Part shown: positions 1 to 9,249 of the stretch, in pieces
Position numbering within the stretch: position 1 is the stretch's first letter
Layout: every line of letters starts with the position of its first letter
NCBI GenBank assembly: GCA_031285625.1
Contig: JAITVV010000036.1
Span: 22,079-86,078, forward strand
Direction: 5' to 3'
Length of the DNA: 64,000 nucleotides
Origin: Prevotella sp.
GTDB taxonomy: Bacteria > Bacteroidota > Bacteroidia > Bacteroidales > Dysgonomonadaceae
Program-made: the position numbers and the translations under genes
Notes under the pieces: generated by a model
Databases searched by the model: none
What the model saw: only the letters and a program-made list of their open reading frames with translations
Told to the model about the DNA's origin: nothing

Positions 1-33
1 GGAGGGAACTTTAATAGAGAATTATCCTAAAAA

Positions 34-1023
34 ATGTACATTATGAAAAATCTAAGTCTTATTTTATGCATATCTCTTCTTTTTGTCACATTTTCGTGCG
101 ACAGAAAAAGAGTTACACGAACAGATACACCCACAAGTGGTATTGCTGAGATAGCAGTGGATGAATGCTTTGCTCCCATTATACAAGAGCAAGTCGATGT
201 ATTTAGTGCAATGAATAATGAAGCATTGATTATTCCGATATTTACAAGCGAAAATGAAGCTTTCGATCTATTTATGAAAGATAGCTTACGGGTAATTGTA
301 GCTTCACGGGAATTGACACCAAATGAAAAGCAAATAATAAAAGAACGTGATCAGGTGCCTCGTACTCAAAAGATAGCTATCGATGGAATAGCTCTCATTG
401 TGAATAAAGCGAATATGGATACTCTGATAACGGTATCAGATATAAAAAACATAATGACAGGCAAGATACGGAATTGGAAAGAGATTAATCCTAAATCCAA
501 TCTTGGAGAAATTGCAGTGACTTTTGATAGTCCCAATTCAAGCACTGTCAGATTTATTAGAGATTCAATATGCGGAGGTGCATCCCTGGGTGATCATCTT
601 AAAGCCCGGGCAGCCGACAGTACCAAAACTATAGATTTGGCAGACCGCACACCAAATCAACAGGTGATAGATTATGTTGCCGCTACCCCTAATGCATTAG
701 GCGTAATTGGTGTAAATTGGATCAGTAATCCGTCGGACCCCAAAAACTTAAGTTTTATTAACAGTATAAATGTTATGTCGGTAAGTGCTGCCGAAAAGGC
801 TACAGAAGAGGATAGTTTTAAACCTTTTGCCGCATATCTGGTCTTAAAAAAGTATCCGTTAACAAGAGATATTTTTATAATTATTACAGATGTAAAAGGT
901 GGATTACCTTCAGGTTTTGTTAACTTTGCAGCTGGGGAAAAGGGACAACGAATAATTCTTAAGGCTGGTCTTTATCCTGCAAATGTTCCTACCAGGCTGG
1001 TGAGAGCAAATCCTACTCTCTAG
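34..1023 (+). CDS. PstS-family (PBP2) substrate-binding lipoprotein
   Basis: Lipobox TFSC; motifs IAIDGIALIVNKAN, FDSPNSSTVRF, ALGVIGVNW, YPLTR and GQRIILKAGL typical of Bacteroidetes PstS-like proteins. Confidence 0.8.
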   Translation: MYIMKNLSLILCISLLFVTFSCDRKRVTRTDTPTSGIAEIAVDECFAPIIQEQVDVFSAMNNEALIIPIFTSENEAFDLFMKDSLRVIVASRELTPNEKQIIKERDQVPRTQKIAIDGIALIVNKANMDTLITVSDIKNIMTGKIRNWKEINPKSNLGEIAVTFDSPNSSTVRFIRDSICGGASLGDHLKARAADSTKTIDLADRTPNQQVIDYVAATPNALGVIGVNWISNPSDPKNLSFINSINVMSVSAAEKATEEDSFKPFAAYLVLKKYPLTRDIFIIITDVKGGLPSGFVNFAAGEKGQRIILKAGLYPANVPTRLVRANPTL

Positions 1024-1067
1024 GAGCAACTATATAAAAAATAATTATTAATGTAAATATAGTAGAA

Positions 1068-2717
1068 ATGAAAATGAAGTATTTTATAGGCGCATTACTG
1101 AGCTTCGCAATCAGCGTATCAGCATTTGCGCAAAATAGTCCGGGGGCTGATTACCTGAGCCTAGGCGAAACAAAACTAGCGAAAGAGTATTTTACAAAAA
1201 ATGTTGGACAATCTCCTGAGGAATCTCATTTTTATTTGGGTGAAATTGCATTTCAGGAAGGCAATATGGCTGAGGCTAAATCTCAGTATGGTCAAAGCGC
1301 ATCTGCTAATCCGGAATTAGGACTTGGCGCAGTAGGTCTGGCTAAGTTAGAATTGAAATCAAATCCGAAAGTGGGTGAAGATCAACTCAAAGAAGTGCAA
1401 AAGAAGAATAAAAAGAATGTAACCGTTCTTTTGGCTATCGCAAAAGCTTATTCTGATAACGGAATGAAAGATAAAGCCTTGAATGTTATCGCTGAGGCTA
1501 AGAAAGCAGATAAAAAGAATCCTTATATTTATATACTCGAAGGAGATATGTTAGCGAAAGAAAATAACCCTGGCGGAGCTGCCGGACAATATGATCAAGC
1601 TATCAATTTCGATCCAAACTGTGTATTAGCGTATATGAAAGGTGCTAAAGTTTACGAATACATAAATCGTAATACAGCTGCTGATATGTTGAAAAAAGCA
1701 ATAGCAATCAAACCTGAGTATAAAATAGCAAATAAAGACCTTGCTGATCTGTATTACAGAGATGGTTTCTATCCGGAAGCTATTGCTGCATACAAAGAGT
1801 TTTTTGCAGGTGGTGACTATACTATCGATGATATTACCCGTTATGCTGCTTCCGAATATTTTACAAAAGGATATGCCGAAGCTAAAAAAGTAATGGCACA
1901 AGGCCTTAGCCGCGAACCAAACAATTTTGTATTGAACCGTTTGTTGATGTATACCGAAAATGATACTAAGAATTATGAAGCAGGATTAGCTGCAGGTGAA
2001 AAGTTCTTCTCTTTACCATTGCCGTCGGATACAGCAAAATATCTGGTTTCGGATTACATGTCATATGCAAATATCTTATCTGAAACAGGTAATAAAGAAA
2101 AAGCTATTGATCAATATAAGAAAGCTATCGAACTAGATCCAAGCAAAGTTAGCCTGTTTAAAGATATGGCTACAACTTATGCCAAAGATGGTCAGTATGT
2201 TGAAGCTGCAGAGATTTATAAAAAATATCTGGAAACTTTAGGCGAAAAAGCTGATGCTACAGATTATTACCAGTTAGGAGGTTATTACCTGTCAGCTGGT
2301 GCTAATGTAGATTCAGATACGACTCTAAGCAAAGAAGAAGTAAAAGCAAAAGCTGCGCCATTCTATAAGGAAGCCGATGCTGCATATGCTATCGTTGCCG
2401 AACGTAAACCTGAAAGCTATCTCGGATATTATCAAAGAGCGCGTACTAACTATCAGTTAGATCCGGATTCGGAGCTTGGCTTAGCTAAACCTTTCTATGA
2501 GCAAACTATTACTGCTCTTTTAGCTGATCCGGAACCTAATAACAAGATTTTGATAGAAGCTTATAGCTATTTAAGCTACTATTATTATCTGCAGTTCGAA
2601 AAGAGTAAAAAAGCAGATGATAAATCCAGTGTGAAACTTTATGCAGAAAAGATTCTTGAACTGGATCCGGAAAATGCAAACGGAAAAGCATTATTTGAAT
2701 TTGCTAGCGGTAAATAA
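1068..2717 (+). CDS. Secreted tetratricopeptide-repeat protein
   Basis: Signal peptide (SAFA-Q); many TPR-like units such as YDQAINFDPN, YKKAIELDPS and KILELDPEN. Confidence 0.85.
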   Translation: MKMKYFIGALLSFAISVSAFAQNSPGADYLSLGETKLAKEYFTKNVGQSPEESHFYLGEIAFQEGNMAEAKSQYGQSASANPELGLGAVGLAKLELKSNPKVGEDQLKEVQKKNKKNVTVLLAIAKAYSDNGMKDKALNVIAEAKKADKKNPYIYILEGDMLAKENNPGGAAGQYDQAINFDPNCVLAYMKGAKVYEYINRNTAADMLKKAIAIKPEYKIANKDLADLYYRDGFYPEAIAAYKEFFAGGDYTIDDITRYAASEYFTKGYAEAKKVMAQGLSREPNNFVLNRLLMYTENDTKNYEAGLAAGEKFFSLPLPSDTAKYLVSDYMSYANILSETGNKEKAIDQYKKAIELDPSKVSLFKDMATTYAKDGQYVEAAEIYKKYLETLGEKADATDYYQLGGYYLSAGANVDSDTTLSKEEVKAKAAPFYKEADAAYAIVAERKPESYLGYYQRARTNYQLDPDSELGLAKPFYEQTITALLADPEPNNKILIEAYSYLSYYYYLQFEKSKKADDKSSVKLYAEKILELDPENANGKALFEFASGK

Positions 2718-2735
2718 TTGACCTTACATAATGAG

Positions 2736-2771
2736 AATAACCCATATCAAATTGATATGGGTTATTTTTTT
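2736..2771 (+). terminator. Rho-independent terminator
   Basis: AATAACCCATATCAA / TTGATATGGGTTATT inverted repeat followed by a T-run. Confidence 0.85.
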
Positions 2772-2804
2772 GTATATAACGATTTTAAAATGCAGAAAAA
2801 GATG

Positions 2805-2812
2805 TATCTTTG
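2805..2812 (+). promoter_or_regulatory. Bacteroidetes primary-sigma -7 element (TAnnTTTG) of metK
   Basis: TATCTTTG immediately upstream of the riboswitch-like leader. Confidence 0.65.
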
Positions 2813-2822
2813 CATCCAATTA

Positions 2823-2869
2823 AGTGGATAGATTTGTATTGATTGCAACCACATGAAAAAATGCTAAAC
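2823..2869 (+). ncRNA. SAM-II class riboswitch aptamer in the metK leader
   Basis: P1 GTGG(2824-27)/CCAC(2849-52); GATTT(2831-35), TTGCA(2843-47) and TGCTAAA(2862-68) occur in the same order and register as the SAM-II pseudoknot core; lies between the promoter and metK. Confidence 0.75.
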
Positions 2870-2933
2870 CATTTTCTACACTGCTGCATAATACATCTCT
2901 TCCTGTTTGTTTTACAGTAAAAATAATTATATA

Positions 2934-4202
2934 ATGAGTTATTTATTTACATCTGAATCTGTTTCAGAAGGACATCCTGATAAAGTAGCTGACCAGATAT
3001 CAGACTCTTTATTGGATGAATTTTTGGCTTATGATGCCAATTCGAAAGTGGCATGCGAAACATTGGTTACTACTGGTCAGGTAGTACTGGCTGGAGAAGT
3101 AAAATCGAAGGCGTATATCGATATTCCGGAAACAGCACGCAAGGTCATCGAAAATATTGGTTATACCAAGAGTGAATACCAGTTTGAAGCTCAGTCTTGC
3201 GGCGTCTTTTCTGCAATACATGAGCAATCGGATGATATCAACAGGGGAGTTGACGGTAAAATAGATCCGATGGATCAGGGAGCCGGAGATCAGGGTATGA
3301 TGTTTGGATATGCAACTAATGAGACTGATAACTATATGCCTTTAGCATTAGACCTGTCGCATGCATTATTGCAGGAGTTGGCTGCTATTCGTAAGAATGA
3401 ATTGTCTTTAATGCCATATCTTCGCCCAGATGCTAAATCCCAGGTAACTATCGAATACGATGATAATGGTACCCCGTTACGTATTGATACAATTGTTATT
3501 TCTACACAGCACGATGATTTTGCTGATGATGCAACCATGCAATCCCGCATTAAGAAAGATGTGATTGAAATTCTGATTCCCCGCGTGAAGAATAAGTATA
3601 AATTCAGAGAAGATATCACAAAATTGTTTACAAGTGATATCACATATCATGTAAATCCTACAGGACGCTTTGTTATCGGTGGACCTCATGGTGATACTGG
3701 TCTTACAGGCCGTAAGATTATAGTAGATACTTATGGTGGTAAGGGTGCCCATGGGGGAGGTGCTTTCTCTGGAAAAGACCCTTCAAAGGTTGACCGCTCT
3801 GCAGCTTATGCTGCACGTCACATAGCAAAAAACCTAGTAGCAGCAGGTGTTTCACCTGAAATACTGGTACAGGTGTCGTATGCTATCGGAGTTGCCAAAC
3901 CAATGAATATATACGTGAATACATATGGTAAAAGCAATGTAAATATGTCGGATGGAGAAGTAGCCAAAAAAGTTGAAAAGATCTTTGATATGAGACCGAA
4001 GGCTATCGAAGAACGTCTGAAACTAAGAAATCCTATCTATGCAGAAACAGCTGCATACGGACATATGGGACGTAATCCGGAAGTAGTGAAAAAGCATTTC
4101 AAATCACGCTATAATCCTGAAGGAATCACCCGTGAGGTAGAATTGTTTACATGGGAAAAGCTGGATTATGTGGATACTCTTAAAAAAGAATTCAATCTGT
4201 AA
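2934..4202 (+). CDS. metK: S-adenosylmethionine synthetase
   Basis: [28 protein letters not shown] signatures; ATG at 2934 preferred over the TTG at 2907. Confidence 0.98.
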   Translation: MSYLFTSESVSEGHPDKVADQISDSLLDEFLAYDANSKVACETLVTTGQVVLAGEVKSKAYIDIPETARKVIENIGYTKSEYQFEAQSCGVFSAIHEQSDDINRGVDGKIDPMDQGAGDQGMMFGYATNETDNYMPLALDLSHALLQELAAIRKNELSLMPYLRPDAKSQVTIEYDDNGTPLRIDTIVISTQHDDFADDATMQSRIKKDVIEILIPRVKNKYKFREDITKLFTSDITYHVNPTGRFVIGGPHGDTGLTGRKIIVDTYGGKGAHGGGAFSGKDPSKVDRSAAYAARHIAKNLVAAGVSPEILVQVSYAIGVAKPMNIYVNTYGKSNVNMSDGEVAKKVEKIFDMRPKAIEERLKLRNPIYAETAAYGHMGRNPEVVKKHFKSRYNPEGITREVELFTWEKLDYVDTLKKEFNL

Positions 4203-4211
4203 TATATAATG

Positions 4212-4245
4212 ATACATATCCGGTGTAATGCCGGATATGTATTTC
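4212..4245 (+). terminator. Stem-loop after metK (terminator or processing site)
   Basis: ATACATATCCGG / CCGGATATGTAT perfect 12-bp stem with only a short T tail. Confidence 0.6.
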
Positions 4246-4253
4246 TCTAAAGA

Positions 4254-5141
4254 ATGGTTATTTTGATTAAAGACTCCATATCATCTGTTAGTATTGTTGT
4301 AAAGGATACTATCCAACAGGATTCTCTACAACAAGCTTTTCCTTTCGATCCAATCGAAGGTGAACTGGTTGATGTGGCACGTCAGCATATGTTGGATACA
4401 TCCACAAGTAAGGATGAATCTGACTTATTGAGATATCAGGGAAACCCCCTTCCATTCAATCTGGAGCAAACTGATGGTATATTTTGTCTGCTTTTGATCT
4501 GTGTGCTCTTCTTTGCCTATATATATAGGGGTGGAATATCATTTCTGAAAGAAAATCTGACATTTTTGTTTTCTCCTCAGAAAGCATCCCGTACATATGG
4601 TTTGGCCACAGTAAAGGAAATGGTATATAGCTATTTTCTTGTTTTCCAATTTGTTGTGTTGGTGTCCGTATGCGTCTATGATGTGATTATAGAATACGAA
4701 ACTCCCGGGTATAGCAATGGCAGGCCTTTGACTACTATTTTGTCTTATATAGTTCTTATAGCACTTTTCTTAGGGGTAAAGGATATGATATATAAAATTA
4801 TTGGCTATATATTCGACTTTCAAAAAACAATCAGCCTGTGGCGTAGAACGTATATGGTATCTGTGGAGATTTTGGGTATCTTGTACTTTATTCCTACACT
4901 ATTGCTTATATACTCAAGTTATTACCATACCCAGATATTAGTATTTATGCTGATATTATTTCTTTTGGTTCAAATAATACTTTTTTACCAAATAATAGTC
5001 TTTTTTATCAATCAAAAATTTAACTTTTTGTATTTGATTGCCTACCTTTGCACCTTTGAAATATTACCATATATATTTTTATCAACAGGATTGATTTATT
5101 TATATAGAACTGACGTTTTTAACATACTATTATGGCCTTGA
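4254..5141 (+). CDS. DUF4271-family integral membrane protein
   Basis: Multiple TM segments; C-terminal AYLCTFEILP motif; metK-DUF4271-hemD order typical of Bacteroidetes. Confidence 0.75.
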   Translation: MVILIKDSISSVSIVVKDTIQQDSLQQAFPFDPIEGELVDVARQHMLDTSTSKDESDLLRYQGNPLPFNLEQTDGIFCLLLICVLFFAYIYRGGISFLKENLTFLFSPQKASRTYGLATVKEMVYSYFLVFQFVVLVSVCVYDVIIEYETPGYSNGRPLTTILSYIVLIALFLGVKDMIYKIIGYIFDFQKTISLWRRTYMVSVEILGILYFIPTLLLIYSSYYHTQILVFMLILFLLVQIILFYQIIVFFINQKFNFLYLIAYLCTFEILPYIFLSTGLIYLYRTDVFNILLWP

Positions 5142-5890
5142 AAGTAAAAAAGATTTTGATTTCGCAGCCTGCTCCGTCAACGGAGAAATCGCCCTATTTT
5201 GATATTGCAGAAAAATATCATTTGCATATGGATTTTCGTCCTTTTATTAGGGTAGAAGGGCTTGATGCTAAAGAATTCAGACAACAACGGATTAATATAC
5301 AAGACTATACAGCCATTGTATTTACAGCAAAAGTGGCTATCGATCACTTTTTCTCATTATGCGAAGAGCTTAGGATAACAATGCCTGAAACAATGAAATA
5401 TTTCTGTATTTCAGAAGCTGTGGCTTTATATCTTCAAAAATATATTGTATACAGAAAACGTAAAATATTTTTCAGTATCACAGGCAAGATGGATGGACTG
5501 TCTACAGCACTGACTAAACATAATAAAGAAAAATTTATTGTTCCTGTATCTGATGTGCATACAGAAGATCTTACAGCTGTGTTGGACGAGAAAAAAGTAG
5601 ACTATACAAAATCTGTTATGTACAGAACTGTGAGTAATGATATAACCGAGGCTGAGATTTTATCATATGATATGCTTATATTTTTCAGTCCTTCAGGAAT
5701 TGTTTCACTGTTTAAGAACGCACCTAATTTCGAGCAAGGTGACCATGTAATAGGTTGTTTTGGTGCTTCCACAGCTAAAGCTGTTCGTGATGCAGGTCTT
5801 AGACTGGATTGCGAAGCTCCGTTGCCGGGTGTGCCTTCAATGACGGCGGCATTGGAAGCTTTTATAAAAGAGAATCATAAAGCTAAATAA
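5132..5890 (+). CDS. hemD: Uroporphyrinogen-III synthase (Bacteroidetes type)
   Basis: ILISQPAP..KSPYF, YFCISEAVALYLQKYIVYRKRK, FFSPSGI motifs. Confidence 0.85.
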   Translation: MALKVKKILISQPAPSTEKSPYFDIAEKYHLHMDFRPFIRVEGLDAKEFRQQRINIQDYTAIVFTAKVAIDHFFSLCEELRITMPETMKYFCISEAVALYLQKYIVYRKRKIFFSITGKMDGLSTALTKHNKEKFIVPVSDVHTEDLTAVLDEKKVDYTKSVMYRTVSNDITEAEILSYDMLIFFSPSGIVSLFKNAPNFEQGDHVIGCFGASTAKAVRDAGLRLDCEAPLPGVPSMTAALEAFIKENHKAK

Positions 5891-5908
5891 CTACTTAGAT
5901 ATTGATGG

Positions 5909-5939
5909 AAAAGCTTAACATACATGTTAAGCTTTTTTT
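5909..5939 (+). terminator. Rho-independent terminator
   Basis: AAAAGCTTAACA / TGTTAAGCTTTT stem plus T-run. Confidence 0.8.
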
Positions 5940-5951
5940 ATAGGGTAAAAA

Positions 5952-6650
5952 ATGGTAATCAACGATAAAGATCTGGGTGAAATAAGGCTTGTAGAGAATA
6001 AACGGGCCAGGCGTATTATTGTAAGGCGGAAAGATGATCATCTTCAGCTTACATACCCGCCATCAGTTACTATGTCATATATAGAGAAGACTATTGCAGA
6101 AATGAAGCCCAGACTGAAATCTCTTATTGAAAAGAAACCTGGTCGTATTACATTCTCCCCTGAATCTGAATTTTCTACATTTAGTTTCCGGTTACAGATA
6201 ACGACAAGTATATCTGCATCAAATTTCTACATGAATCTGAAAGACGGAAAGTTAAGCATTTCATGTCCTGCCGATACTGTTTTTGGGGATGTGTCTGTTC
6301 AGACATTAATACGTAACTGTATAGAAAAGGCTCTTCGCTACGAAGCCAACCGGATTTTTCCGTCCAAAGTAAAAGATTTTGCTCAAGAATATGGCTTTAA
6401 ATATACAGGAGTAAAAATAAATAAAAGTCGTACCCGTTGGGGTAGTTGCTCTTCAAAGAAGAGTATAAACCTTTCATATTATTGCATGCTCCTCCCGGAG
6501 TATTTAGCGGACTTTGTTATTCTTCACGAATTATGCCACACAGTGGAAATGAATCATGGAGAAAAATTCTGGCAGTTGTTGGATAATATTTCAGGAGGTA
6601 AATCTAAAGAATTAACCAGCGAACTAAAATCATTTAAGACTGTACTATAA
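5952..6650 (+). CDS. YgjP/DUF45 (M48-like) zinc metallohydrolase
   Basis: RWGSCS, ILHELCH (HExxH) and MNHGEKFW motifs. Confidence 0.85.
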   Translation: MVINDKDLGEIRLVENKRARRIIVRRKDDHLQLTYPPSVTMSYIEKTIAEMKPRLKSLIEKKPGRITFSPESEFSTFSFRLQITTSISASNFYMNLKDGKLSISCPADTVFGDVSVQTLIRNCIEKALRYEANRIFPSKVKDFAQEYGFKYTGVKINKSRTRWGSCSSKKSINLSYYCMLLPEYLADFVILHELCHTVEMNHGEKFWQLLDNISGGKSKELTSELKSFKTVL

Positions 6651-7133
6651 CTAGTCAAACAGAGAGTCTTTACCAAATCCTACAGGTAGTAAAGACTTAG
6701 CACATTCTAATTCGTAAATTTTACTTTCACCATATAATATTACCTTCATTGGTCGGTTATATCTGTTTTCTGCTTCCAGCAACACTTGCCTGCATCCACC
6801 ACATGGGCTGCAAGGGTTTATTGTAAACTCTCCATCATGACAAGCTGCAATGGCTAGAGCCTCTACTGCTACATCCGGATACTGGGCATTTGCGTGAAAA
6901 ACGGTAACCCTTTCGGCACACAATCCGGAGGGATAGGCGGCATTTTCCTGATTGCTTCCTGTTATAATTTCTCCGTTTGCCAGTAATACAGCAGCACCTA
7001 CATAAAAGTTAGAATAAGGGGCATATGCGCTTTGCGTAGCAATTTTAGCCTCATTTATAAGTTTTTTTATGTTTTCTGTAGCCTCTTCAAAAGAGTAAAC
7101 AAGTATCTTTGTTGTTAAATTAAGACTTTCCAT
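6651..7133 (-). CDS. cdd: Cytidine deaminase
   Basis: AYAPYSNF, NQENAAYPSGLCAER, SPCGGCRQ; likely start MESLNL at 7133. Confidence 0.93.
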   Translation of the reverse strand: MESLNLTTKILVYSFEEATENIKKLINEAKIATQSAYAPYSNFYVGAAVLLANGEIITGSNQENAAYPSGLCAERVTVFHANAQYPDVAVEALAIAACHDGEFTINPCSPCGGCRQVLLEAENRYNRPMKVILYGESKIYELECAKSLLPVGFGKDSLFD

Positions 7134-7170
7134 ATTAATGGCTGTTAATAAATAATTTATTTTTAAATAT

Positions 7171-8106
7171 ATGAAAAAAGGAAATAGCACAGACGTATCT
7201 GCCAGATTAATTATACTTTCTCTCCTGATTTTCTTATCTACTACAGCCTATTCTCAAGCAAAACGCTACAAAGTATATGACGACTATATCGATACTTACA
7301 AAAGTATAGCTATTGATCATATGAAAAAATATAAAATACCGGCAAGTATAACATTAGCTCAGGGATTGTTGGAGTCCGGTGCCGGTAAAAGTGCACTAAC
7401 CAAGAGTTCCAATAATCATTTTGGGATAAAATGTCACAATGATTGGAAAGGGCAGAAGGTTTATCATGCAGATGATAATCCTAACGATTGCTTTAGGAAG
7501 TATAAGAAAGCAGAAGATTCGTATGATGACCATTCCCGTTTTTTAGCAGAAAAACCCAGGTATAAGAACCTGTTTTCCCTCAAAATAACAGACTATAGAG
7601 GTTGGGCCAGAGGTTTGCAACAAGCAGGATATGCTACAGATAAGGCTTACGCAAACAAATTAATCAAGCTAATAGAAGACTATGAACTATATCAGCATGA
7701 TAAAAGAGGCCTGTCAAAAGAGAAGATAAAAGAGGAAGAAATACGCAAAGAAATAATAAGAGAATATCGTCATACCCCATTCAAGACCCATAATTTGGTT
7801 TATGTAATAGCCGAAGATGGTGATACATACGAAAATATTGCAGCCGAGTTTGACTTCAAAGTAAAAAACTTATATAAATTCAATGAAGTTCCAGAAGGAT
7901 TCCCGCTTAAGCAAGGTGATCTGGTATATTTCGAGAAGAAAAAATCTAAAGCAGACAAACCATACTATGAGCATGAGGTTCAGGTAGGTGAGTCTATGTA
8001 TAGCATCTCTCAGCTTTATGGAATCAAAGTAAAGAATTTATATAAAATGAACAAAAAAGACTTTGAATATGTTCCTGTAGAGGGTGATATCTTAAAATTA
8101 AGATAA
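7171..8106 (+). CDS. GH73 glucosaminidase with LysM domains (peptidoglycan hydrolase)
   Basis: IPASITLAQGLLESG, NNHFGIKC, AGYATD; two C-terminal LysM-like repeats. Confidence 0.9.
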   Translation: MKKGNSTDVSARLIILSLLIFLSTTAYSQAKRYKVYDDYIDTYKSIAIDHMKKYKIPASITLAQGLLESGAGKSALTKSSNNHFGIKCHNDWKGQKVYHADDNPNDCFRKYKKAEDSYDDHSRFLAEKPRYKNLFSLKITDYRGWARGLQQAGYATDKAYANKLIKLIEDYELYQHDKRGLSKEKIKEEEIRKEIIREYRHTPFKTHNLVYVIAEDGDTYENIAAEFDFKVKNLYKFNEVPEGFPLKQGDLVYFEKKKSKADKPYYEHEVQVGESMYSISQLYGIKVKNLYKMNKKDFEYVPVEGDILKLR

Positions 8107-8137
8107 GCCGAAACATAATATACAAAACAAAAAAATA

Positions 8138-9034
8138 ATGATGAAACATTTACTGATTACACTTATCATTGCGAGCTCTTTTTTATCTGTCTTTGCTCAA
8201 GATGATGATAAGGACAAATTGGAAGACGGAAAATGGAATTTAAAAGGCGTTACAGGTTTTAATCTTTCACAAACTTCACTTAGCAACTGGTCGGCCGGAG
8301 GTGAAAGTGCTTTTGCCGGAAATATCTTTTTGAATGGAAGCCTTACCCGGAAGAGTGGAAACTGGCTATGGTCGAATGCGCTGGCTATAGATTACGGACT
8401 AACCAGAACAGAATCGCTTGGTACTCAAAAAGTGAGTGATAAACTTGATTTTACTACCCAATTGGGGTATTCCACCAATAATAAATGGTATTATACCATA
8501 ATGGGAGATTTTAAATCCCAGTTTTATAAAGGATACAATTATCCGGATAAAGAACATTATATTTCAAAGTTTTTTGCTCCGGCTTACTCTAATATCTCAT
8601 TAGGTATGGAATATCGTCCGAATGAGAACTATTCTGTATATTTTTCACCTGTAGCAGGCAAATTGACATTTGTTCAGGATGATTACCTGTCAGAACAGGG
8701 AGCCTTTGGTGTTGATCCGGGAGATAAATTCAGGGCAGAATTAGGTATGTACCTTAAGGCCCGTGCCCAAAGGAAGATTATGGAAAATGTCGAATTTATT
8801 TCTACAGTTGATTTCTTTACTGCATACGATAAGAAATTTGGAAATATCGATGTAAACTGGGATCTGCTTATCAGTATGAAGATCAATAAATTCTTGTCAG
8901 CTTCTATTAATACCACCCTTAAATATGATGATGACATCAAGAATGTAAAGACTGTGGATGATGTAGAAGTGAAAAGCGGTCCGAAAGTACAATTTAAAGA
9001 AATGCTAGGTATTGGAGTTGCATATAACTTCTGA
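8138..9034 (+). CDS. DUF3078-family outer-membrane beta-barrel protein
   Basis: Signal peptide; SQTSLSNWSAGG, SKFFAPAY, LKYDDD; C-terminal GVAYNF barrel signature. Confidence 0.8.
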   Translation: MMKHLLITLIIASSFLSVFAQDDDKDKLEDGKWNLKGVTGFNLSQTSLSNWSAGGESAFAGNIFLNGSLTRKSGNWLWSNALAIDYGLTRTESLGTQKVSDKLDFTTQLGYSTNNKWYYTIMGDFKSQFYKGYNYPDKEHYISKFFAPAYSNISLGMEYRPNENYSVYFSPVAGKLTFVQDDYLSEQGAFGVDPGDKFRAELGMYLKARAQRKIMENVEFISTVDFFTAYDKKFGNIDVNWDLLISMKINKFLSASINTTLKYDDDIKNVKTVDDVEVKSGPKVQFKEMLGIGVAYNF

Positions 9035-9055
9035 TTAAAATAGTTAATGTATATG

Positions 9056-9089
9056 AAATGGTATTGATCTTTGATCAGTACCATTTTTT
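9056..9089 (+). terminator. Rho-independent terminator
   Basis: AAATGGTATTGATC / GATCAGTACCATTT stem plus T-run. Confidence 0.75.
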
Positions 9090-9220
9090 ATTTGATATAT
9101 GTTATTGTCCGATTCTTAAAATTATACTACTTTTATAGTAGATAAGTAAACGGTAATAATTAATGTCACATTCTAAAATTATAATTACTGATCAGTGTTA
9201 TACATGGATGGACAATAAAT

Positions 9221-9240
9221 AGGTCTGAGACCTTATAATT
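9221..9240 (+). repeat. Dispersed palindromic leader motif AGGTC-N3-GACCT, copy 1
   Basis: AGGTCTGAGACCTTATAATT is identical to 51160-51179; a variant lies at 30118-30130. Confidence 0.8.
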
Positions 9241-9249
9241 GAAATACAT

